From positions 13,562 to 77,561 of the forward strand of contig CAISLM010000014.1 of NCBI GenBank assembly GCA_903886255.1: a stretch of 64,000 bases of DNA. The letters run 5' to 3'. The notes below the pieces were generated by a model. It worked only from the letters and a program-made list of their open reading frames with translations. It made no database searches and was not told the origin of the DNA. A program made the position numbers and the translations under genes. Shown here in pieces: positions 19,565 to 28,423 of the stretch (its first letter is position 1; every line of letters begins with the position of its first letter). The DNA is from Candidatus Collierbacteria bacterium (lineage in GTDB: Bacteria; Patescibacteriota; Microgenomatia; UBA1400; MFAQ01).

Positions 19565-19963
19565 ATGAATATCTTAGTTTTTGGCAACCAAGACCACCCT
19601 GATGATAATCTTGCATTTAAAGTCTCGGAAAAACTAAGCGGCTTAGCCAATATTTCCTTTCAGGTCATTAATCCAAATTCAGATATTCCACTTCCGGACA
19701 ATAAAAAGATATATCTAATCGACACAGTAGTCGGAATTGATAATGTGACACTTATTACGGAAAATGATCTCAATAAAATACTTCTCTCTCCAAGAACAAC
19801 CGCACATGATTATGACTTGGGATTTCAACTCAAATATTTAACAAAAATTGGCAAAATAAAAAAAGTCTTCATTATCGGCTTGCCCATTAGCGGAAATGTG
19901 GATTACGATCTAATCCACTTGATCTTAAGAAAGTTGGTTGCGCAAGACATGCAAGGATCATAA
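19565..19963 (+). CDS. Hydrogenase maturation protease-like protein
   Basis: ILVFGN...DD, IDTV and TAHD motifs; adjacent to the large subunit. Confidence 0.7.
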   Translation: MNILVFGNQDHPDDNLAFKVSEKLSGLANISFQVINPNSDIPLPDNKKIYLIDTVVGIDNVTLITENDLNKILLSPRTTAHDYDLGFQLKYLTKIGKIKKVFIIGLPISGNVDYDLIHLILRKLVAQDMQGS

Positions 19964-21204
19964 GCTCGTATTATCTTTTCGGCGTTTAATTTCAAAGTTT
20001 GTTCATCTTTATCCAGGTTTGCTCCGAAATATTTTTTAAGATCGTTTTCTATGTTAATTTGGTTTTGTGCCGTCGGTACAATCACGTCGTAGTTTTTTAT
20101 TCTGCCCTTACTGTCAGTTTCAACATGATGATATAGTGTTCCTCTCGGAGCTTCTACAACCCCAACTCCTACACCTGCTTTTGGGGGCTGGGTAATTGGT
20201 TTTTCTTCCACTAATTTTATCGATTTTAATATTTCGATCGAATCGTCTACACAATTAAGTATTTCGATAGCTTGAGCCAAATTATTGTGATAAACGTTAT
20301 TTGAAGGAAATATGTCCAAATATTTTGCCGCATCTGTTTTAGTTCTTTGATTCAACAGTTCTTTTTCCAAATTTATTCTGGCTAGAGCCCCCACTAAATA
20401 ATCATCGTGTGTATCGGAAAAGATATAACCTTCCGACTGAGAATAAGGAATAATTACAGAATGTAGAAAATCGTGAAAATGTTCTTCCGTAGTGATTCTG
20501 CCACTACTATTAACAATATTTCCTTCCAAGAAATCATAATGATCGGAATTTTTTAAGCAAAGATAGTCTGAATTTCTCACGAGAACATCCGGCATTTTTG
20601 AAAAAGCTTCAATACCTCTTAATACTTGAACACGAATTTTTTCCAGTCGATCAATCATTGTTGGGAATAACGAGGGATCAGGCATCTTTAAGAATCCTCC
20701 CACTGTCGGAAGTGGCGCATGAATAGCTGCTCCGGAGATCATAACCGAAAGATCGGATCCGACCTCCTTTATGTCAAACGAGTCGTGTAACAATTGGTGG
20801 CCGAGATTTCCGTCTTCGTCCGGAATATCCAATATTGAATCGATACCCAGCAGATCCGGCAATACAAAAAAATATAAGTGGAGTGCATGATCACGTATCA
20901 TCAAGCCGTTGTAGGTTAATCTTCTCAGTAATTTTGTCTGATCTGAAGGAATAATTCCTTGAGATTTTTCAATCGCCTCAATGGAGCAAAGCAAATGGGC
21001 TATCGAACAAGTTCCGCAGATTCTCGAAATAAATGAAGGAACTGCCACAAAAGGTTTTCCTTCGACTGCTTTTGCATAGAAACGTCGATAATCCTTAATC
21101 ATAAATTTCAGATCAACTACCTTATCATCTACTATTTTTACCTTCAAACCGGCCGTGCCTTCGATCTTAGTAATATTTTCGATCGTGATATCTGCTGTAT
21201 GCAT
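19903..21204 (-). CDS. [NiFe]-hydrogenase large subunit, group 3b-like
   Basis: TKIEG, L1 RICGTC, EAPRGTLYH, VPTAQN, L2 DPCMSCATN. Confidence 0.88.
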   Translation of the reverse strand: MHTADITIENITKIEGTAGLKVKIVDDKVVDLKFMIKDYRRFYAKAVEGKPFVAVPSFISRICGTCSIAHLLCSIEAIEKSQGIIPSDQTKLLRRLTYNGLMIRDHALHLYFFVLPDLLGIDSILDIPDEDGNLGHQLLHDSFDIKEVGSDLSVMISGAAIHAPLPTVGGFLKMPDPSLFPTMIDRLEKIRVQVLRGIEAFSKMPDVLVRNSDYLCLKNSDHYDFLEGNIVNSSGRITTEEHFHDFLHSVIIPYSQSEGYIFSDTHDDYLVGALARINLEKELLNQRTKTDAAKYLDIFPSNNVYHNNLAQAIEILNCVDDSIEILKSIKLVEEKPITQPPKAGVGVGVVEAPRGTLYHHVETDSKGRIKNYDVIVPTAQNQINIENDLKKYFGANLDKDEQTLKLNAEKIIRAYDPCMSCATNFLKIKWIRS

Positions 21205-21209
21205 TATTT

Positions 21210-21698
21210 TTAAATTATGTTAAACAATTTTAAATATTTATCGACTATTTTGACAAATATATCCGGATTCATCGGACAACCATTAACTTCATCATCTACC
21301 TTTACGAAATCGGAAATCTTTTGTACATCCTTACTGTAGTCGAAGTGACACATATAAAATGCAATCTTGTAATTAATTTCTTCAGGCATAAAAGCATTCC
21401 TGCTGGATGAAGGTTGTCCTGTGCATGCACAAGCACCGATCGTTACCAAATATTTACAATTCTCTCTAATTTTCTTTAAATCCGCTTCTTGTAATTCTGA
21501 TGAGATTGCACCTTCTACAAAAGCAACATCCAAACCCTCAATGCTATTATTGGTTTTTAAAGCTTTGAAATGCTGAAAATCAATCACTTTTTTCCATTCG
21601 TCCAGATGTCTATTAAGCATTTCTGTCAGTAGGATTGTGCTGTCTTCACAACAAGTAAACGAAAACCAGCCAATTTTAAGTTTCTGTTTATTATCCAT
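21210..21698 (-). CDS. [NiFe]-hydrogenase small subunit-like protein (truncated; proximal-cluster domain only)
   Basis: TCCEDS, FVEGAI, IGACACTG and GCP motifs. Start moved to ATG 21698, which avoids overlap with hypC. Confidence 0.8.
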   Translation of the reverse strand: MDNKQKLKIGWFSFTCCEDSTILLTEMLNRHLDEWKKVIDFQHFKALKTNNSIEGLDVAFVEGAISSELQEADLKKIRENCKYLVTIGACACTGQPSSSRNAFMPEEINYKIAFYMCHFDYSKDVQKISDFVKVDDEVNGCPMNPDIFVKIVDKYLKLFNII

Positions 21699-21715
21699 GC
21701 TAATATCCATTATAT

Positions 21716-21925
21716 ATGTGTCTAGCATACCCAGGAATAGTAAAAGAAATAAATGGTTTAAAAGCAACTGTCGAATATCCATCTTTTTCAAAAAATGTGC
21801 TGGTAGGCGACCAATATGTAAAGGTTGGGGACAGGGTATTGGTTCAAATGGGGATAATCATAAAAACTATTTCCACAAAAGAGTCCAAGCTAATCACAAA
21901 AGCGTGGGATGAAATTTCAAAATAA
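21716..21925 (+). CDS. hypC: HypC/HybG/HupF family chaperone
   Basis: MCLAYPG start and VGDRVLV motif. Confidence 0.85.
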   Translation: MCLAYPGIVKEINGLKATVEYPSFSKNVLVGDQYVKVGDRVLVQMGIIIKTISTKESKLITKAWDEISK

Positions 21926-22636
21926 TTAAAATCCTCTAGCATCTCTAAGCGCCTTTATGTTCATTTGAATTCTCGTAAATGCGGTTACCGAACTGTATAA
22001 ATAAAATTTATTATTTTTTTTGGCATCAGAAGGCAAGTCTCTTGGCTTTGCATATATCCTCACCTTACCAATATCCAAAAGCATCAGATACCAACTTGAA
22101 TCAGCATTAACAACAATGTGAAATGGTCCGTCAGGCATTAGTTCAATGCCTGACTTATTTGCCAAATAGAGAATATTCTCCGCTTCTTCTTGAAGCATTT
22201 TTCGAGGGATCTTTACAAACTCCTTATCCATAGGAAAAGTATCCCTTACCTCGGAAGCATCGATCTTTTGATCATAAACACTGGTCACCTCGTCGGCAGA
22301 CAGGTTTGTTGTTGCTACAGTGTTATCATCGACTTTTCGAACAGTTGGGACGACAGTAAATCCACGTTCTCTTAAAGTCTTCCACGCCAAATCATAAGTA
22401 TCCGAGTATGAGAGCGATCTATCAAAGTCGAAACCGGTCAGAGTCGGCAAACAAAAATCTTCGACCTTTCTAGTTAGTACACTAGCTTTATGTTTTTCTC
22501 CAAGATCAAAATATATAAAACTTTTATTTTCTGCGGCTTGTCTTGTTTTTGGAATATGATATTCGAATCTAATAGGGAAAACCGACACTTTTTCCGGAAG
22601 TCCAAATTTTTTCAAATTTATTGATTTTTCTACCAT
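21926..22636 (-). CDS. Hypothetical protein, possibly kinase-like fold
   Basis: 236-aa ORF; GFTVVP and LLDIG segments only loosely suggest a kinase-like fold. Confidence 0.5.
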   Translation of the reverse strand: MVEKSINLKKFGLPEKVSVFPIRFEYHIPKTRQAAENKSFIYFDLGEKHKASVLTRKVEDFCLPTLTGFDFDRSLSYSDTYDLAWKTLRERGFTVVPTVRKVDDNTVATTNLSADEVTSVYDQKIDASEVRDTFPMDKEFVKIPRKMLQEEAENILYLANKSGIELMPDGPFHIVVNADSSWYLMLLDIGKVRIYAKPRDLPSDAKKNNKFYLYSSVTAFTRIQMNIKALRDARGF

Positions 22637-22709
22637 ACAGCCGTATATTCTACTCCAAATTCATTTGCTAATTGCCAAAAAGGTCCTTAACCATTAAAGT
22701 ATTATCTGT

Positions 22710-25349
22710 ATGAAAAAATATGTCTATTCTTTTGGGAGTCAGTCGACTGAAGGCTCAGCCGATATGAAATATATTTTGGGTGGTAAAGGAGCTAACCTTG
22801 CCGAGATGAGTAAAATCGGAATCCCGGTTCCCCCAGGATTCACGATTTCGACTGAGGTTTGTAAAGATTTCAGCAATAACGGAAATAAATATCCATCAGG
22901 TTTGGAAACGGAAGTCGAAGACTACTTGGTCAAACTGGAGATTGTCACCGGAAAAAAATTTGGAGACGTCAAAAATCCTCTTTTAGTCTCCGTTCGTTCC
23001 GGGGCTGCCTCATCTATGCCGGGAATGATGGATACAATTTTGAATCTTGGTTTAAATGAAGAAGTAGCATCTAGTATTGCAAACAGCACCGACAATCCTC
23101 GCTTCGCTTGGGATTCATATCGCAGATTTGTCCAAATGTATGGAAACGTCGTTGAAGGTATCGAGCACGAAAAATTCGAAACTGTAATTGATGAAATAAA
23201 GTCCGGTAAGGGAATAAAAGGCGACACAGATATGACAGCAGACGATTGGCAGGCTGTTGTAAAAGGCTATAAAAAATTATTCAAAATAGAAAAAGGCAGA
23301 GATTTCCCTGACGATGCCAAAGAACAGCTCTGGGGTGCTATCAAGGCGGTAATTGGTTCTTGGAATAATCAACGCGCCATAACCTATCGTCGTCTCAATC
23401 ATATTGATGAGAATAAAGTTTTCGGCACAGCCGTTAACATTCAATCAATGGTTTTTGGCAATCTAGGTAGTGATTCCGGAACTGGTGTCGCTTTTACCCG
23501 TAATCCCGCAACCGGAGAAAACGTTCCTTATGGAGAGTATCTAATGAACGCCCAAGGCGAAGACGTTGTCGCCGGAATTCGTACTCCCAAACATTTAGAC
23601 TCTCTTAAAGAAGACAATGAAGTTGTTTACAAACAGCTCATCGATATTTTTTCCACACTGGAAAAACACTATAAAGACATGCAAGATGTTGAATTTACAA
23701 TAGAAAATGGGAAACTCTTCATTCTTCAAACCCGCAATGGCAAAAGAACTGCTCCTGCATCTGTAAAAATAGCAGTTGATTTAGTTAAAGAAAAAAGAAT
23801 TACCGAGAAAGAGGCCATACTCCGTGTAGAACCGGAAAAATTAGAGCAACTTCTTCACCCAACTCTAGATCCAAAATCAAAATCTAAATTCAAAATGATA
23901 GCAAAAGGTTTACCTGCTTCTCCTGGTGCAGGGGTTGGTCAGGCGGTTTTCAATGCGCAGACCGCTGTTGACTGGAAAGAAAACGGCAAGAAAGTTATCT
24001 TAGTTCGTGCCGAAACATCTCCGGAAGATATCTCTGGAATGGATGCTGCAGAAGGAATACTAACCGCAAGAGGAGGTATGACCTCTCATGCTGCAGTTGT
24101 AGCAAGAGGCATGGGAAAGTGCTGTGTCGCTGGTTGTGAAGTGTTAACAGTGTCAGAGATAGAAAAGAAATTCCGTGTCGGAGAAATAATCGTCAACGAA
24201 GGTGATGTCATAACCCTTGATGGTTCCACCGGAGAAGTTTTCTTGGGGCAGGTCCCCACAATTGACCCTGAGTTGTCAGGATACTTTGGCACTATCATGG
24301 AATGGTCGGATAAATATAAAAAGCTAGGTGTTCGCACTAATGCAGATACACCAAGAGATGCGAAAGTTGCTAGAGACTTCGGAGCTGCAGGTATCGGTCT
24401 TTGTCGTACGGAACATATGTTTTTCCAAGCAGACCGAATTTTTGCTGTCCGTCAAATGATTGTTTCCGAAACTCTTGATCAGCGAAAGGCTGCTCTATCC
24501 AAAATCTTTCCCATGCAAAAGAATGATTTCATCGAACTATTTAGAATTATGAAGGGTTTTCCGGTAAAGATTAGACTTCTTGATCCACCTCTACATGAAT
24601 TTTTACCTAAGACCAAAGAAGAGATAGAAGATATTGCCAAAGAAATGGGAATTTCTGCAGAAAAGTTAACCGAAAAAGTTGAATATCTTCATGAATTCAA
24701 TCCCATGATGGGGCATCGTGGTTGCCGATTGGGGGTTACCTTCCCGGAAATATTCGAAATGCAAGTTGAGGCAATTGCGCAGGCAGCTTGCGAGCTAATC
24801 AAAAAAGGGGAATCTATTGTTCCCGAAATCATGATCCCCTTAGTCGGAGAATTCAATGAATTAAAGTGGTTAAAAGATCGTTTAGTTCCGGTAATAGAAT
24901 CCACAATTAAAAAATATGGTGTAAAAATGGTTTATGAAATTGGTACCATGATTGAAATTCCACGTGCGGCACTAACCGCCGACACTATCGCCACTGAGGC
25001 TGATTTCTTTTCCTTTGGAACTAACGACTTGACCCAAATGACTTACGGCTTCTCTCGCGATGACGCAGGGAAATTCTTAAAAGATTACCTCGAAAAGAAA
25101 ATTCTTCCCGAAGACCCATTTAAGAGTCTCGATACAGTTGGAGTAGGGAAATTAATGAAAATGGCAGTCGATCTAGGCAGAAGTACGAAGAAAAATCTAC
25201 ATATCGGAATTTGCGGCGAACAGGGTGGCGATCCGGCAACAATAAAATTTTGCCATCAAATAGGCTTAAATTATGTTTCTTGTTCACCATATCGCGTTCC
25301 GATTGCGCGACTCGCCGCCGCCCAGGCTGCAATTGAGTCGGAAAAATAA
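22710..25349 (+). CDS. ppdK: Pyruvate, phosphate dikinase
   Basis: GGKGANL, VSVRSGAASSMPGMMDT, GGMTSHAA, GIGLCRTEHM, SFGTNDLTQ. Confidence 0.96.
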   Translation: MKKYVYSFGSQSTEGSADMKYILGGKGANLAEMSKIGIPVPPGFTISTEVCKDFSNNGNKYPSGLETEVEDYLVKLEIVTGKKFGDVKNPLLVSVRSGAASSMPGMMDTILNLGLNEEVASSIANSTDNPRFAWDSYRRFVQMYGNVVEGIEHEKFETVIDEIKSGKGIKGDTDMTADDWQAVVKGYKKLFKIEKGRDFPDDAKEQLWGAIKAVIGSWNNQRAITYRRLNHIDENKVFGTAVNIQSMVFGNLGSDSGTGVAFTRNPATGENVPYGEYLMNAQGEDVVAGIRTPKHLDSLKEDNEVVYKQLIDIFSTLEKHYKDMQDVEFTIENGKLFILQTRNGKRTAPASVKIAVDLVKEKRITEKEAILRVEPEKLEQLLHPTLDPKSKSKFKMIAKGLPASPGAGVGQAVFNAQTAVDWKENGKKVILVRAETSPEDISGMDAAEGILTARGGMTSHAAVVARGMGKCCVAGCEVLTVSEIEKKFRVGEIIVNEGDVITLDGSTGEVFLGQVPTIDPELSGYFGTIMEWSDKYKKLGVRTNADTPRDAKVARDFGAAGIGLCRTEHMFFQADRIFAVRQMIVSETLDQRKAALSKIFPMQKNDFIELFRIMKGFPVKIRLLDPPLHEFLPKTKEEIEDIAKEMGISAEKLTEKVEYLHEFNPMMGHRGCRLGVTFPEIFEMQVEAIAQAACELIKKGESIVPEIMIPLVGEFNELKWLKDRLVPVIESTIKKYGVKMVYEIGTMIEIPRAALTADTIATEADFFSFGTNDLTQMTYGFSRDDAGKFLKDYLEKKILPEDPFKSLDTVGVGKLMKMAVDLGRSTKKNLHIGICGEQGGDPATIKFCHQIGLNYVSCSPYRVPIARLAAAQAAIESEK

Positions 25350-25393
25350 GCAAATGGCTATTTTTATAGGCTCAATTATGGTAAAATTTAACC

Positions 25394-26278
25394 ATGCTTC
25401 TAAAATTTAGTTCTAACCTGGACAAACAAGAAATATGGGCAACCGGTGCGGAATTAACCGGGATTATGGGAAAGAGCAAGGAGGGTGGCAATCTTCTTGT
25501 CCACATCTTCGAAAACCCGGTTTTGGTCACAGATAATTATCGGATTTCAAAGCTAAACCCGACTCTTAGGGACACTTTGTTTGCTATTTTAAACAGCCGT
25601 CCAAGAATCGTTGAATATGACGATGTCAGTGTTCATTGGGATGATTCCCATAAACGCGTTTGGAGTCCGTCTATTGATACCATTTTACTTGCCAAAACAC
25701 TTAGAAAAATCTTGCCTGCAAATCCACAAATCAAATCGGCAATTGAACTGGGTTGCGGCTCAGGATTTATCAGCAAATACATTTTGGCTAAATCCGATTC
25801 GTTAAAAACAATGGTCATTAACGACATCAGTCCTTTTGCCATCAAATGTGCCAAAGATAATATCAGTGATACGAGAGCCGATTTTAGAGAAGGGGATGGT
25901 CTTAAAGAGTTGGAAGGTAAGACATTTGATCTAATTACCTGCAACCCACCATACATCCCAAGACCCAATAGTGATGCCAGCAACCCCTACGAGGGAATCG
26001 GTATTCTTAATTATCTTGTTCACAATGGTCAAAAACATTTAAATAAAGGTGGCATTATCGTCATCAGTATGTCAAATTTATCAAACGATCCTGTTTTTAA
26101 TGATCCCTCTGAGCTGGTAATCAAAAATGTAGAAGAAATGGAAGTTCCTCTAAAAATAAATAATATCTTAAACAATCAGGAATGGATGGAGTATTTACAA
26201 AAACACGGGTTGGCAAAAAACTATCATGACGGATATGAATATTGGCACCGAATTAAGACAATTGCTTGTAGAAAATAA
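25394..26278 (+). CDS. SAM-dependent N-methyltransferase (HemK/NPPY type)
   Basis: PSIDT, ELGCGSG and CNPPYIP motifs. Confidence 0.8.
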   Translation: MLLKFSSNLDKQEIWATGAELTGIMGKSKEGGNLLVHIFENPVLVTDNYRISKLNPTLRDTLFAILNSRPRIVEYDDVSVHWDDSHKRVWSPSIDTILLAKTLRKILPANPQIKSAIELGCGSGFISKYILAKSDSLKTMVINDISPFAIKCAKDNISDTRADFREGDGLKELEGKTFDLITCNPPYIPRPNSDASNPYEGIGILNYLVHNGQKHLNKGGIIVISMSNLSNDPVFNDPSELVIKNVEEMEVPLKINNILNNQEWMEYLQKHGLAKNYHDGYEYWHRIKTIACRK

Positions 26279-26286
26279 GCATATTT

Positions 26287-26604
26287 TCAGCAATTTATGG
26301 ATCGTTCAATCCATTCGATAAGTTTTCCTTCGTCACTGAATATCTCATCCGGTAATGTCCAATAAGGCAAAAATACGATTTTCCCTTGGCGTGAAAAAGA
26401 GAATGGATGAGAGCCATTTTCCTCAAAATATTTCAAGTTGTTCTCATTTGTTTTGAAATATAATTCGTCGTCGATAATTATCCCAAAAATTTTTCCGTAT
26501 TTATAAATTCCCCAGCCACTAAATAATTTTTTAGACGCTATCCCGGGTATGTCTCTCAGTACATCCATTAAAATATAATCTCGATATTCATGTTTTCTTG
26601 ACAT
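26287..26604 (-). CDS. TfoX N-terminal domain protein
   Basis: KKLFSGWGIY...FGII..DELYFK...PF...YW pattern. Confidence 0.8.
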   Translation of the reverse strand: MSRKHEYRDYILMDVLRDIPGIASKKLFSGWGIYKYGKIFGIIIDDELYFKTNENNLKYFEENGSHPFSFSRQGKIVFLPYWTLPDEIFSDEGKLIEWIERSINC

Positions 26605-26707
26605 ATCAATGCATTATACATTTACTATTTACTTTATTGATTTCTAGGACGTAAAATATCTGTGGTATTTAATACAATTAATTATTCATTTATGTTATCG
26701 TAGTTAT

Positions 26708-27076
26708 ATGATCAAAAAAACAATTTTCGCTATCACTTTGGCGCTACTCCTTTCGGCTTGTACTCTCTATGGAGGAAATTCATCTGCCGCTCCTGTTCAA
26801 AATCCATCTTCCACCACTCATGCACAGGGAGACATCACAATTATGAATTTTGCCTTTTCACCACAGTCTATTACAGTGAAGCCGGGCCAAACAGTCACGA
26901 TCGTAAATAACGACTCGGTTACCCACACTTTTACGAGCGACGATGGTACCTCGTTTAATACCAACAGCATTGAGCCGGGAGCCACAGCCACCATTACAGC
27001 GCCCAGTGCATCAGGAACTTATGGATTTCACTGCAATATCCACAAGAGCATGACCGGCACCCTTATCGTACAGTAG
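26708..27076 (+). CDS. Cupredoxin (plastocyanin-like) lipoprotein
   Basis: Lipobox LSAC, FSP..ITV, and type-1 Cu ligands H...CNIHKSM. Confidence 0.85.
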   Translation: MIKKTIFAITLALLLSACTLYGGNSSAAPVQNPSSTTHAQGDITIMNFAFSPQSITVKPGQTVTIVNNDSVTHTFTSDDGTSFNTNSIEPGATATITAPSASGTYGFHCNIHKSMTGTLIVQ

Positions 27077-27082
27077 TTAAAG

Positions 27083-28423
27083 ATGGAAAATAATGAGATT
27101 TTTTCTTCAGTCACGAACTTTCATACTGCTTTTATAAATGGTCTGGACAAAATTTTAAGCAGTGAAGATCTCAAACCAGCCTCATTCAATTTGGTTTTTG
27201 GTAATGCCATCTATCATCACCAAGAAAGAGAATTCCTGGAAAGGCTTGAGTCGGCAAAAGCCAAATTAGCTGCAGCAATCGACCCAAACTCCACCGACGA
27301 CGACTCAGTCATTTTCTTGAAGTTAAAGGACATGAAGTTGGATTGGCAAAACTGGACTATGTTGGAAGATCGGAAAATTAATTCCTGGAATGTTCAGCTG
27401 AATAAATTTAGAGTCTTAAAACCAAGGGGATTTTCCGACCTATTAATTACTCAAGTTCATTTGCCCTTCAATGGAAACGACTTTAATTTCAATAAAATAT
27501 CGGATCCTACACTCTGGTCCGGTGAAATAATCGGTAGAAAAGTCTCACTCTATTACAACAAATTCCCCAACAAAGACCTTCAAACGCTTCTTGTTCTTGA
27601 TCCGGACCAGAATAAGGAACAATTCCTCACGGAAGAAGACCATAATTTTGTCTTTGAAATGACAAGTTCACTTAGCCGTCTTTACAACGTTTCTTTTGGA
27701 TACAATTCCCTGGGCGCTTCCGCATCCATTAATCACCTTCATTTTCATCTTATGATTGGTATAGAAAAGCTTCCGGTGGCCGAAGACGAATGGCTGCACA
27801 ACGGCGGCAGCAAAACATATCCTGCCAACATTTATGTCTTTAATAATCCTGAGGAATCCTGGAAACTAATCGACAAACTCAATCAAAAGAATGTTGCCTA
27901 CAACATTCTTTATCTTCCCGGGAAAGTCTTTATCTTTCCAAGAAAATTCATGGGTACATATAAAGCAGTACCTTGGTCTACAAGTTTTGGCTGGCTTCAA
28001 TTTTCCGGTAACTTTACAGTCTATGATGAAGACGCAGTCAATCGGCTAACTGAAGATATTATTAACGAAGCATTGCAAGATGCATCAATAAAACTGGAGG
28101 AACAAACGGGTATGGGAACATATATTACAATAGCCAAATTAGAGGACGTAAAAGAAGGTAAACCGCATTGTGTGGACGTGGAGGGCAAAAGTCTCGCAGT
28201 GTTCAAGGTGGGTGATGAATATTTCGCCACTACCGGAATTTGCACACATGCAGGAGGACCTTTGTGTCAAGGGGAAATAGTTAATGGAGTTGTAACCTGC
28301 CCCTGGCATGGTTCACAATTCGACGTAAAAAATGGTAAGGTCGAAAGAGGTCCTGCCAAGGATCCAATAAAGACATACAAGTTGCGAAAAACAGACACGA
28401 CACTGGAAGCAGATCTTGTTTAA
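27083..28423 (+). CDS. GDP-sugar phosphorylase-like (VTC2/GDPGP1 HIT-superfamily) domain fused to a Rieske [2Fe-2S] ferredoxin
   Basis: FNFNK, YNKFP, GYNSLGASASINHLHFH; C-terminal CTHAGGPL...CPWHGSQFD. Confidence 0.75.
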   Translation: MENNEIFSSVTNFHTAFINGLDKILSSEDLKPASFNLVFGNAIYHHQEREFLERLESAKAKLAAAIDPNSTDDDSVIFLKLKDMKLDWQNWTMLEDRKINSWNVQLNKFRVLKPRGFSDLLITQVHLPFNGNDFNFNKISDPTLWSGEIIGRKVSLYYNKFPNKDLQTLLVLDPDQNKEQFLTEEDHNFVFEMTSSLSRLYNVSFGYNSLGASASINHLHFHLMIGIEKLPVAEDEWLHNGGSKTYPANIYVFNNPEESWKLIDKLNQKNVAYNILYLPGKVFIFPRKFMGTYKAVPWSTSFGWLQFSGNFTVYDEDAVNRLTEDIINEALQDASIKLEEQTGMGTYITIAKLEDVKEGKPHCVDVEGKSLAVFKVGDEYFATTGICTHAGGPLCQGEIVNGVVTCPWHGSQFDVKNGKVERGPAKDPIKTYKLRKTDTTLEADLV

